A stretch of DNA of 64,000 nt from Slackia sp. (lineage in GTDB: Bacteria > Actinomycetota > Coriobacteriia > Coriobacteriales > Eggerthellaceae): positions 59,748 to 123,747 of the forward strand of contig JAUNBA010000004.1 of NCBI GenBank assembly GCA_030527325.1, read 5' to 3'. The translations under genes were made by a program, and so were the position numbers. Shown here piece by piece: positions 1-9,186 of the stretch; within the stretch, counting starts at the first letter, position 1, and each line of letters starts with the position of its first letter. The notes under the pieces are model-generated. The model searched no databases and was not told the origin of the DNA. It saw nothing but the letters and a program-made list of their open reading frames with translations.

Positions 1-499
1 CCTCGTCTTCCACCAGCTCGACGCGCACGACGGCGCCTTCGTGGCGGGCCTGCTTGCTTTCGGCCTGCGCGTTGGGGCGGTCGAAGGCGATGGCGGCAAG
101 CTTGCTGCGCTCGATGTTGGCGCGGGTCTGGTTCTGGGTCCAGCCGAACGTCAGATAGGCGTTTTCGATCATGCCGCCCGGCACGAACACGGCCACGTTG
201 GGGGTGCCGTCTTCGTTGACGGTGGCCACGGTGCATTCCATGCTGTAGGAATTCACGCCGTCGGCGAGCGCCTGCGCGTCCATGTTGGTGTATTTGTCGG
301 TGGCGATGCTCGCCGAGGTGACGGCGTCGGCCCATACCGTGGGCGCTTCGGGCGCGGCGGCTTCGGGCTCCTCTGCGGCCTCTTGCGCAGGTGCGCAGCC
401 GGCCAGTCCCAGCGTGCCCAGCGCGCCGATGGCGGTCACGGCTCCCGCGCCTTTCAGAAACGTGCGCCTTCCCATGGTTTCGTGTTCGTTGACGGACAT
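1..499 (-). CDS. Tat-signal lipoprotein with pyridoxamine-5'-phosphate-oxidase-like (FMN split-barrel) domain; 3' end runs off the window
   Basis: Not in the ORF track. Manual translation gives MSVNEHETMGRRTFLKGAGAVTAIGALGTLGLAGC (twin-Arg motif, lipobox LAGC) and later VATVNEDGTPN...QTRANIER. AGGAGG RBS upstream. Confidence 0.7.
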   Translation of the reverse strand, partial: MSVNEHETMGRRTFLKGAGAVTAIGALGTLGLAGCAPAQEAAEEPEAAAPEAPTVWADAVTSASIATDKYTNMDAQALADGVNSYSMECTVATVNEDGTPNVAVFVPGGMIENAYLTFGWTQNQTRANIERSKLAAIAFDRPNAQAESKQARHEGAVVRVELVEDE

Positions 500-648
500 G
501 GTTCCCTCCTTTGATACAGTACGAAGCCGCGTGTATGCATCGCGGCGACGGCTTCCAGTATGGGGATACCGTGCGCGCAGTACATGCCCCATTTTGGGAT
601 AAAAACGAATCATGCCTGATGAGGGCGGTGTAAAGGAGGCGCGGGAAG

Positions 649-2148
649 ATGAGGTCGCACGCATGCGAAACGAACGTCGGCGCCGCTTCGCGCGGCATGC
701 GCAGGCATGCGGCGGGCCTGTGCGGCGCGTCCGCGGGCGCCCTTGCGCTCGGTTACGCGCTTTTTCGCAGCGGTAATTGCTTCACGTATTTCGCGGGATT
801 CGCGCAGCCCGAAGGCTTCGTGTTCTTGGTGCCGGGCCTTTCGTTTCTGGCGGTTTCGGCTGCAGCGTCGCTTATCGCGGCGGCGTGCGTGGTGTTGGCC
901 GTACGCGCGGGCGCGTTGCGATCGGGTCGGTTGCCCGTGGTGTTTCCCGGCGCCGCGCTGGCGTGCATCGGGCTGGCATCCGGCTCGGGCCTGCTCGCCT
1001 CGCTGGGCCCGATCGCGGGCGGCGTGGTCGCGCCCGCGCTGTTCGCGGCCTGCATCGTGTGCTTGAACCTTTCGTGGATGGAGCTGCTTGCGCGTTGCGA
1101 CGGCGATGGAGGCCGTCGCATTTACGCATCGGGCCTGTGTGCGGCGAGCGTCCTGTTCGTCACGCTGTGCGTTGTGCCCGCGTGGCTCGCCTCGGCCGCG
1201 GCGGGCCTTATGACGGCGGCGAGCTGCATCGTGGTGGCGCGCGCCCGGCGCACGTCGTCTTTCGCGGGCAAGGCCGCCGCCCCGTCGGCCGACTGCGACG
1301 GCGGCTCGCGCCCTGCGGCGCGCTACCGGCGGGGTTTCGCGCGCATCGCGAACCCGATGATCACGGCGTTGGTGATGGAGGCGTCCGTAAGCCTGCTCGG
1401 CGGGTTTTTCTTCGGACGGTCGTTGTTCTCAGGCGAGGCGGTTCCCGCAGCGGGCCTGGTCATAGCCGCGGTATCGTTTTACGCGGTGATGCGTTTCGTG
1501 CCCGATACGGTGAAGATGGACCGTGCCTACCGCGCGGTGTTTCCAGTGTTGGCCGCCTCGGTGGGCCTGATGCCGTTCGCAAGCGGGATGGGCGGCGTGT
1601 TCCAGGTGGCGCTTTCGGGGGTCTATAACTTCTTGGCGTTCGCGGCGGTGTACTACATCGTGCGCTGCATCGCCGAGACGGGCTTGAACGCGTATGCGTT
1701 CGGCGGATTGGCGACGATGGCCATTCACGGCGTGCAGCTGGCGTTCGCGCCGACGGGCTACCTGCTGGCGGGCATCGGGCGCGACGGGGCGTTCGCGGCC
1801 GTGGCCGTGGGCGTTGTGTACGTGCTGTCGCTTCTGCTGCTGTTCCTCACGCGCAGGGGCGCGTCTGCCGAGGGAGCGGCGGCCGTCCAGGCGACGGAGG
1901 AGCCCGTGGTCATCGTGGTGTCCGAAGAGGACCGTTTCGCGCAACGCGCTGACGAGCTGGCGAAACGATGCGGGCTGACCAGGCGCGAGCGCGAGGTGCT
2001 TGAGCATGCCGCGCGCGGGCGTTCGGCCACCTTCATCGCCGAGGAGCTGGTGGTGTCGCCAGGAACGGTGCGCAGCCACCTCAAGAGCATCTATGCCAAG
2101 CTTGACGTGCATTCCAAGCAAGAGCTGATCGATTTGTTCGAGCGCTGA
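649..2148 (+). CDS. Multi-transmembrane LuxR-family transcriptional regulator
   Basis: About 12 hydrophobic segments and a C-terminal HTH (LTRREREVL...TVRSHLKSIYAKLDVHS). AAGGAGG RBS. Divergent from the Tat lipoprotein gene. Confidence 0.92.
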   Translation: MRSHACETNVGAASRGMRRHAAGLCGASAGALALGYALFRSGNCFTYFAGFAQPEGFVFLVPGLSFLAVSAAASLIAAACVVLAVRAGALRSGRLPVVFPGAALACIGLASGSGLLASLGPIAGGVVAPALFAACIVCLNLSWMELLARCDGDGGRRIYASGLCAASVLFVTLCVVPAWLASAAAGLMTAASCIVVARARRTSSFAGKAAAPSADCDGGSRPAARYRRGFARIANPMITALVMEASVSLLGGFFFGRSLFSGEAVPAAGLVIAAVSFYAVMRFVPDTVKMDRAYRAVFPVLAASVGLMPFASGMGGVFQVALSGVYNFLAFAAVYYIVRCIAETGLNAYAFGGLATMAIHGVQLAFAPTGYLLAGIGRDGAFAAVAVGVVYVLSLLLLFLTRRGASAEGAAAVQATEEPVVIVVSEEDRFAQRADELAKRCGLTRREREVLEHAARGRSATFIAEELVVSPGTVRSHLKSIYAKLDVHSKQELIDLFER

Positions 2149-2213
2149 TGCGAGCGGCCGCCGCGCCGTGCGTGCGATGCGGTATAGTCGAGCGACGACG
2201 ACAGGGGGAAATC

Positions 2214-3095
2214 ATGCCGTATATCGATATACAGGATCTGAACGATCCGCGCCTCGATGCGTTCGCGCGCCTGACCGAGGCGCAGCTGCGCAATAAGCTG
2301 GAGCCTGAGAAGGGCATCTTCATCGCGGAGAGCATCAAGGTGATCGAGCGGGCGCTCGCGGCGGGCGTGGTGCCGGTATCGGTGCTCATGACGCCGCACT
2401 GGAAGGAAGCGGCGGCCGATACCGTTGCGCGCATCCAGCAGGCGGGCGCCGCCGCGGGGTGCGAAGTGCCCGTGTTCGTGGCGCCCGAAGACGAGCTGAA
2501 GAAGCTGACGGGCTTCGCGCTGACGCGCGGCATCCTGTGCGCTATGCGCCGTCCCGCGCTTCCGAGCGTCGAGGAACTTGTGGCGCGCATCGACGAGCGC
2601 CGCGCGGCCTCGCCGGATGACGACGGCCGCCGCCGCGTGGCCGTGCTCGAAGGCATCGTCGACCATACCAACGTGGGCGCCATCTTCAGATCGGCCGCCG
2701 CGCTGGGCATCGATGCGGTGCTGGTCACGCCGACGTGCTGCGATCCGTTGTATCGCCGCGCCGTGCGCGTGTCGATGGGCACGGTGTTCCAGGTTCCTTG
2801 GACGCGCATCGGCGATACGGTGCACGATTGGCCGGCCCGCGGCTTGGAGCGTCTGTCCCATTTGGGCTATGCCGCGGCGGCGATGGCGCTTTCGGACGAT
2901 TCGGTGCCGCTCGGCGATCCCGCGCTTGCGCGATGCGACAAGCTGGCGCTCATCTTCGGCACCGAGGGCGACGGGCTTTCTCACCGCACCATCGAAGGGT
3001 GCGATTACACGGTGCGTATTCCTATGATGCACGGGGTCGACAGCCTGAATGTGGCGGCGGCGTCGGCGGTGACGTTTTGGGAATTGTGCCGGTGA
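2214..3095 (+). CDS. TrmH/SpoU family RNA methyltransferase
   Basis: SPOUT motifs DHTNVGAIFRSA, FGTEGDGL and IPMMHGVDSLNVAAA. Start moved to ATG 2214 after GGGGG RBS. Confidence 0.93.
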   Translation: MPYIDIQDLNDPRLDAFARLTEAQLRNKLEPEKGIFIAESIKVIERALAAGVVPVSVLMTPHWKEAAADTVARIQQAGAAAGCEVPVFVAPEDELKKLTGFALTRGILCAMRRPALPSVEELVARIDERRAASPDDDGRRRVAVLEGIVDHTNVGAIFRSAAALGIDAVLVTPTCCDPLYRRAVRVSMGTVFQVPWTRIGDTVHDWPARGLERLSHLGYAAAAMALSDDSVPLGDPALARCDKLALIFGTEGDGLSHRTIEGCDYTVRIPMMHGVDSLNVAAASAVTFWELCR

Positions 3096-3553
3096 CGGTG
3101 TTCGATCGGGCTGTGGCGGCGTGCGCGCACCGTAGTTTGTAAAGGCTTTGTCCGGTGGTATTGCTCATTTTACCCACAAGATAATGTGGAATATGGCGCC
3201 GGTTTTCAACATTCTTTCCGACGGACGTGCAAAACCGAGGCCTTGCTTTCGGCGCAAACCGAAGACGGCGCGGAAATTGCCTGAATAATACCGGCAATTG
3301 TTGAAAACGAATGGTGCGGCCTCGTTTCCGACCGCGCGTCGGGCGTGCGGGTTGTGGAAAACGCGACGCCGCGCCTCTCGTATGTCAAGAGCATGTCATG
3401 CGTGCCGGTTCGGCGGGGCGGGGTTTTGGGGCAGCGCGCTGCCGGAACCCTGCCGGCGCGGCGGCGGGCGCGCCGTGCTTCGCCGCATGGGCGGCGACTC
3501 TGTTGCTTTGCGTGCGCTACAATCGTCTGGTCGGGAAAGCGAAAGGAACTTCC

Positions 3554-4078
3554 ATGATCATCGAATTCAAGGGCATGCGCCCGCGCATCGACAAGGCGGC
3601 TTATGTTGCGGAAAACGCCACCATCAGCGGTGATGTCACGCTGGGCGAGAACAGCTCGGTGTGGTTCAACGCCGTCATGCGCGCCGAAGTGGCGCCGATC
3701 ACCATCGGCGCGCTGAGCAACGTGCAAGACCACGCCATGCTGCATGCCGATTACGATTGCCCGGTCATCATCGGTGAGCGCGTGTCTATCGGCCACAACG
3801 CCATCGTGCACGGCGCCACCATCGAGGACCGCGTCATCGTGGGCATGGGCGCTATCGTCATGAACGGCGCCGTGGTGGGCGAGGGTTCCATCATCGCGGC
3901 GGGCGCGCTGGTGAAAGAGCGCACTGTCATTCCGCCGTATTCCCTGGTGGCGGGCGTGCCCGGCGTGGTGAAAAAGACGTTCGAGCCCGGCAGCCGCCCG
4001 CAGGAGAACAACGACGAGGTGTATACGGCCGACGCGCTCGCCTATGCTGCCGCGCCGCATTATCCGATCAACGCATAG
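3554..4078 (+). CDS. Gamma carbonic anhydrase family (hexapeptide repeat) protein
   Basis: NVQDHAMLH and IGHNAIVHGATI motifs. GAAAGGA RBS before ATG 3554. Confidence 0.93.
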   Translation: MIIEFKGMRPRIDKAAYVAENATISGDVTLGENSSVWFNAVMRAEVAPITIGALSNVQDHAMLHADYDCPVIIGERVSIGHNAIVHGATIEDRVIVGMGAIVMNGAVVGEGSIIAAGALVKERTVIPPYSLVAGVPGVVKKTFEPGSRPQENNDEVYTADALAYAAAPHYPINA

Positions 4079-4141
4079 TCGATTGTTCGCGAAGGCGTCC
4101 GTCCGATGATTCCGGACGGGCGCCCGTCTAAGGAGGAGCCC

Positions 4142-4615
4142 ATGCATCCCGTTCACCGCATCATGTTCGTCTGCCACGGCAACATCTGTCGTTCCACTAT
4201 GGCGGAATTCGTTATGAAAGACCTGGTGAAGCGTGCAGGCCGCGAGGGTGGGTTCGTCATCGCTTCGTCGGCTACGAGCACCGAGGAGATAGGCAACGAC
4301 ACCCATCCTGGCACCAAGGCGGCGCTTGCCGCTCATGGCGTGGCGTGCACGCGCCGCGCGGCGGTGCAGCTGCGTGCGTCGGATTACGATGCCTACGACA
4401 TGTTCGTGGGCATGGATGCGGCCAATGTGCGCAATATGCGCCGCATGCTGAAAGGCGACCCGTCGCACAAGGTGTGCAAGCTGCTCGAATTCGCCGAGGG
4501 CGTCGATACGGATTCCGCGTCCGACGTTGCCGATCCGTGGTATACGGGCGATTTCGAAACCACGTATCGCGATGTGCTGCGCGGTTGCGAAGCGCTGCTT
4601 GCCCGGCTGCGTTAG
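4142..4615 (+). CDS. Low-molecular-weight protein-tyrosine phosphatase
   Basis: P-loop VCHGNICRS and DPWY motif. AGGAGG RBS. Confidence 0.94.
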   Translation: MHPVHRIMFVCHGNICRSTMAEFVMKDLVKRAGREGGFVIASSATSTEEIGNDTHPGTKAALAAHGVACTRRAAVQLRASDYDAYDMFVGMDAANVRNMRRMLKGDPSHKVCKLLEFAEGVDTDSASDVADPWYTGDFETTYRDVLRGCEALLARLR

Positions 4616-4701
4616 CGTCGCGTCGTTTCGGTCGGCCGCTGCCTTGTCCGCGGCCGTTTCCTATTCGTTGCCAAACCGGAGTTTCGCGGTCCGCTTGCTA
4701 T

Positions 4702-4728
4702 CTAGCACTCCCCCTAAAAGAGTGCTAA
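4702..4728 (+). promoter_or_regulatory. CIRCE element (HrcA operator)
   Basis: CTAGCACTC-N9-GAGTGCTAA, 1 mismatch to the consensus TTAGCACTC-N9-GAGTGCTAA, 100 bp upstream of groEL. Confidence 0.95.
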
Positions 4729-4828
4729 TCTGAGTTCCTGTTCACGAAGTGCGGGCGGGCATTGCGCATCGCTCGCATGACTCGGAAAACGCGCCGTTTT
4801 CGCGCGCGTGCAGAGAGAGGACCGGCTT

Positions 4829-6448
4829 ATGCCTACGAAGGAAATCGCCTTTAACGCCGATGCCCGCGGCGGTCTTGCCGCAGGCGTCCATAAACTGTCC
4901 GAAGCCGTGAAAGTCACCCTCGGTCCCAAGGGCCGTTTCGTGGCCACTCAAGACGATCGTTACTGGAAGGCGCCCCAGGTCACCAATGACGGCGTCACCG
5001 TTGCGAAAGATATCGAGTTCGCTGATCCCGTCGAGCAGATGGGCGCCAAGATGGTGCGCGAAGTCGCAGGTCAAACCGATAACGAAGTCGGCGACGGCAC
5101 CACCACCGCCACCCTGCTCACCGACGAGCTGGTCACCGTGGGTCTGCGCAGCATCGCCGCAGGCGCCGATCCCATCGCCATCCGCCGCGGCATCCAGCGC
5201 GCCAGCGCCGCCGCCATCGAAGCGGTGAAGGCGAACGCCACGCCCATCGAAACCCATGAGCAGACGGCCAACGTGGGCACCATCTCCGCCGGTGACGCCG
5301 TCATCGGCGAGAAGATCGCCGAGGCTATCGACGAAGTGGGCAAAGACGGCGTCATCATCGCCGAGAAGTCCCAGACTTTCGGCATCGAGGTGGAAGTGAA
5401 GAAGGGCCTCATGTTCGAGCGCGGCTTCCTTTCGCCCTACATGGCGGACGACATGGCCAACATGACCGGCGAGCTCGAAGAGCCCTACGTCATGGTGACC
5501 GATCAGAAGATCCAGAACATCCAGGATATTCTGCCTGTGCTCGAGGCCGTCAAGCAGTCGGGCCATCCGCTGCTCATCATCGCCGACGACATGGGCGCCG
5601 AAGCCCTCAACACGCTGCTGCTCAACCGCATGCGCGGCGCTTTGAACGTGGTCGCCGTGAAATGCCCCGGCTACATGGACAGCGATTCGCGCAAGAAGCA
5701 GAACATGGACATCGCCATCCTCACGGGCGGCCAGGTCATCACGCCGGAATTCGGCCTTACTCTTTCCGACGCCACCAAAGCCATGCTGGGTCGCGCGAAG
5801 AAGGTCAAGATCACCAAGGATTCCACGCTCATCGTGGGCGGCCTGGGCGATAAGGCGGCCATCGAAGAGCGCTGCGTGCAGATCAAGGCCGAATACGCCG
5901 CCACCACGAGCCGCGGCGAGCGCCGCGAACTGCGCGAGCGCTTGGCCAAGATGTCGGGCGGCATCGGCGTCATGAAAGTGGGCGCCGCCACCGAGACCGA
6001 GCTGGTTTCCACCCGTCGTCGCATCGAAGACGCCATCCGCGCCGTGCAGTCCGCTCTGCGCGAAGGCGTCGTGGCGGGCGGCGGCGTCGCGTTGCTGCAG
6101 GCCATCCCCGCGCTCGACGCGCTTGAGGCCGAAGGCGACGAGAAGGTGGGCATCGACATCGTGCGTAAGGCCCTCGAAGCCCCCATGCGCACCATCGCCG
6201 AAAACGCCGGCCTCGAAGGCACGCTCGTGGTCGAGAAGTGCAAGATGCTCGAGAAGGGCTGCGGCCTGAACGCCGCCACGGGCGAATACGGCGACATGAT
6301 CGCCATGGGCGTGGCGGATCCCGCGGAAGTGGTGCGCACGTCGCTCGAATCCGCCGTTTCGCTGGCATGCCTCATCCTCGTCACCGAAGTCACGGTGAAC
6401 GACAAGGTCGAGGAAATCACCTGGGAAGACCTGGGCATCAAGAAGTAA
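4829..6448 (+). CDS. groEL: Chaperonin GroEL (divergent paralog, no adjacent groES)
   Basis: VKVTLGPKGR, TNDGVTVAK, GDGTTTAT and EGVVAGGG motifs. CIRCE upstream. Confidence 0.95.
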   Translation: MPTKEIAFNADARGGLAAGVHKLSEAVKVTLGPKGRFVATQDDRYWKAPQVTNDGVTVAKDIEFADPVEQMGAKMVREVAGQTDNEVGDGTTTATLLTDELVTVGLRSIAAGADPIAIRRGIQRASAAAIEAVKANATPIETHEQTANVGTISAGDAVIGEKIAEAIDEVGKDGVIIAEKSQTFGIEVEVKKGLMFERGFLSPYMADDMANMTGELEEPYVMVTDQKIQNIQDILPVLEAVKQSGHPLLIIADDMGAEALNTLLLNRMRGALNVVAVKCPGYMDSDSRKKQNMDIAILTGGQVITPEFGLTLSDATKAMLGRAKKVKITKDSTLIVGGLGDKAAIEERCVQIKAEYAATTSRGERRELRERLAKMSGGIGVMKVGAATETELVSTRRRIEDAIRAVQSALREGVVAGGGVALLQAIPALDALEAEGDEKVGIDIVRKALEAPMRTIAENAGLEGTLVVEKCKMLEKGCGLNAATGEYGDMIAMGVADPAEVVRTSLESAVSLACLILVTEVTVNDKVEEITWEDLGIKK

Positions 6449-6527
6449 GACGCGGCTTTTCGCAAGCCGTATGCGCAAGGCGTCGCCCCGTGCGGGACGG
6501 CGCCTTCGTCGTAGAAAGGGGAGTGCC

Positions 6528-7037
6528 GTGGGACAGAGCAAGGTGGTCAACGAGCCGCGCATCAAAAACCCGCTGATCAAGGCTATTCGCGAGCTTTTGG
6601 AACATCGCGCGCTATGGCTGTACATGCTGACCGACGAAGCGAAAAAGGCGGGCGCCGATCCGGCTTCCTTCGCGCCTGCGGCGGTGAAGCGCTGCGGGCT
6701 GTTCCAGGGCGCGGGCCTGGTCAGCAAAGGCGGCGGAACGAAAAGCCTCAAAAGCCTGAAAAAGGGCCTGTTCGGCAAGCCCGCGCAGATGGTGTTCGAG
6801 ATGGATGTCAAGGATGTGCAAGACGACCGCTTCGAGCTCGAATTCCATTACTGCCCGCTGGTGAAGGCCTGGCAGAAGCAGGGTTGCAGCGATGAAGAAA
6901 TCGCCACGCTGTGCGATTGGGCCATGTGCGGCGATCGCGGCATCGGCGAGGCCTACGGCTGCGAGCTCGATCTGCCTAAGACCATCGCCCGCGGCGACGA
7001 TGTGTGCCATCTGATCTACCGTCGCCCGCAGGCGTAG
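6528..7037 (+). CDS. L-2-amino-thiazoline-4-carboxylate hydrolase-like (ATC hydrolase/V4R-like) protein
   Basis: FHYCPLVKAW...LCDWAMCGD...TIARGDDVC Cys pattern. GTG start after AAAGGGGAG. Confidence 0.7.
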   Translation: MGQSKVVNEPRIKNPLIKAIRELLEHRALWLYMLTDEAKKAGADPASFAPAAVKRCGLFQGAGLVSKGGGTKSLKSLKKGLFGKPAQMVFEMDVKDVQDDRFELEFHYCPLVKAWQKQGCSDEEIATLCDWAMCGDRGIGEAYGCELDLPKTIARGDDVCHLIYRRPQA

Positions 7038-7203
7038 CGGCGCGGCCCGCGCGCGACAACGCGCTCGCGAGCTGCGGTTCGCGGCGCGCGAGGCGCCCCT
7101 CTCGGGCAAGGCGTCGCCCGCGTATCGGCCTGGCTGCACCGCGAATCGGCGCGGTGCGCTCCCGGAGGGCCCCGACGACGGCTGCGTCGTCGGGGCCACG
7201 TCG

Positions 7204-8856
7204 TTACAGCCCCAGGCGCTCTTCGAGAGCCTGGTTGATGATGCGCAGCGCTTTCACGCGCGCATAGTATTTGTCGCTCGATTCGAGGATGCGCCACGGC
7301 GCGTATTCGGTCGAGGTCAGGCGGAACATGTCGTCGACCGCGGCCGCGTACTGCGGGTGCTTGTCGCGGTTGCGCCAGTCTTCCGCGGTGATCTTCCATT
7401 GCTTGTCGGGGTTCGTCTCGCGCTCGATGAAGCGTTTCAGCTGCTCATCGGGGTCGACGGCCACCCAGAATTTCAACAGGATGGCGCCCCAGCGTTCAAG
7501 CTCGCGTTCGAATTCGTTGATCTCGTCGTAGGCGCGCCCCCATGCATCGGGGCTGGCGAAGCCCTCTACACGCTCCACCAGCACGCGCCCGTACCAGCTG
7601 CGGTCGTAGATGCCCACGTGGCCGGCGCGCGGCAGGCGGGTCCAGTAGCGCCACAGGTGCGGATGCATCAGTTCGGGCTTGGTGGGCGCCGGGCTGGGAA
7701 ATACCGTGTAGGCGCGCGCGTCGATCGCCTGCGCCACGCGCTTGATGGCGCCGCCTTTGCCTGCCGCATCGTCGCCTTCGAAGACAAGCATGAGCGGCAC
7801 GCGCGCGCGGTACATCTTCAGTTCCAGCTCGCCGAGGCGTTTCTGCTCCTTTTTGAGCGCCTCGACGTAGTCGGCGCGCGAAAGCGAGAGGGAATAATCC
7901 ACATCTTCCAAACGCGGCGGCTTGGCCACCATGGTGAAGCGCGAATAGGCGGGAGCGAGCTCGCTTTGCAGGCGCGCCTGCTCGCGGGCGGCTTCCAGCA
8001 CCTGGGCGCTTTCTTCGGCCGAACGCGTGCGCGGGTCGCTTTCGTGAAGCGCCCCTGCGCTGTTTTTCGCCGCCTTCTCCGCCGCCGCTTCGGCTGCGGG
8101 GTCGGCTTCGGCGCCCAGGGCGCGTTCCAGCGTATCGACGAGGGTGCGGCATACCATGAGGTTGGCCGAGCGCTTGTCTTCGCCGTTGAGCAGCGTCCAG
8201 CGTGCGAAGTCGAAATCGGTGCGGTGCAGCAACGCGTCGTAATAGGCGTAGGTGGCGTCGTAATCTTTGAGGCGCTTCAGTTCGCGCTTGCTCACGCGCC
8301 AGCGGGTGTCGGGATTGTCATGCAGCTTGTGCAGGCGCTTGCGTTGCGCCTTCTGCGATATGTGCACGAAGAACTTCACCACGATGTAGCCGTCGGCGGT
8401 CAGCTGCCGCTCGAATTCGGCGATGGTCGATTCGTACGAGCGCATGAGCTCGTCTTTGTCGGTGTCGGTGTATACCAGGCGATCGGCTGCGGCGGTGTAC
8501 CAGCCGCGCTCGTAGACGGTCACGTCGCCGCGAGGCCCGAGCGCCTGCCAGAACTCTTCCATGAGCGGCTTGAAGCCGGTGACGCCCGTGCCCATGTCTC
8601 GGAAGCGTTCGGCCTGGCGCTGGTCGAAGGCCGAAAGCACGTGCACGTGCGTGGCGCGCGCGTCGAGGTTGTAGACCAGATCGCCTATGCGGCTGCCTTT
8701 GCCCGCGCCGTTCCATCCTTCGAACAGCGCCACCACGCCGACGCCCGCCGCGCGCGCCTTCTGCTGCAGCACCACGAGCCTTGCCATGAGCGCGTCGTAG
8801 GCGGGCTTGTAGGCGTCCTTCGTCATCCTCGCTTCGAGGTCTACCTGTTCCAGCAT
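7204..8856 (-). CDS. ppk2: Two-domain polyphosphate kinase 2 (polyP:AMP phosphotransferase)
   Basis: Two PPK2 domains (FEGWNGAGKG and FEGDDAAGKGG...DRSWYGRVLVERV). AAAGGAG RBS. Confidence 0.92.
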   Translation of the reverse strand: MLEQVDLEARMTKDAYKPAYDALMARLVVLQQKARAAGVGVVALFEGWNGAGKGSRIGDLVYNLDARATHVHVLSAFDQRQAERFRDMGTGVTGFKPLMEEFWQALGPRGDVTVYERGWYTAAADRLVYTDTDKDELMRSYESTIAEFERQLTADGYIVVKFFVHISQKAQRKRLHKLHDNPDTRWRVSKRELKRLKDYDATYAYYDALLHRTDFDFARWTLLNGEDKRSANLMVCRTLVDTLERALGAEADPAAEAAAEKAAKNSAGALHESDPRTRSAEESAQVLEAAREQARLQSELAPAYSRFTMVAKPPRLEDVDYSLSLSRADYVEALKKEQKRLGELELKMYRARVPLMLVFEGDDAAGKGGAIKRVAQAIDARAYTVFPSPAPTKPELMHPHLWRYWTRLPRAGHVGIYDRSWYGRVLVERVEGFASPDAWGRAYDEINEFERELERWGAILLKFWVAVDPDEQLKRFIERETNPDKQWKITAEDWRNRDKHPQYAAAVDDMFRLTSTEYAPWRILESSDKYYARVKALRIINQALEERLGL

Positions 8857-9124
8857 GGGATGCTCCTTTCTGCATCGAGCACGGCCCGCGCGCACGGCGC
8901 GGATACGGCAAGTGTACGCGCTCGCGCCGCCGCGCGCACGGCAGAACGTCCGGACGGCGCACGGCGGGCGCCGCGTCGCTCGATTGCTCCCCGCAAAGGC
9001 GCGTTGCGTTTCTTAACCGGGGCGCTAATCTGGGGTTTCGGTGTGTTGTGTTACATATGGGCTCTTTTCGTCAAATAGGTATCAAACGCGGCCGCGCACT
9101 CGATGCCCGCCGGCGCGATGCGGC

Positions 9125-9130
9125 TATAAT
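9125..9130 (+). promoter_or_regulatory. Sigma70-type -10 box for ppk1
   Basis: Perfect TATAAT about 57 bp upstream of the ATG in a GC-rich background. Confidence 0.55.
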
Positions 9131-9186
9131 TGAGTAAAAAAGGGGACCTGTCTCTTCATTCAAGCCATGCGTCGAGGAGGGCCATC

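Noticed and set aside
3140-3365. Chromosomal origin oriC
   Set aside because: No dnaA, dnaN or gidA context, no perfect TTATCCACA box and no clear unwinding element. Kept only as a box-cluster finding.
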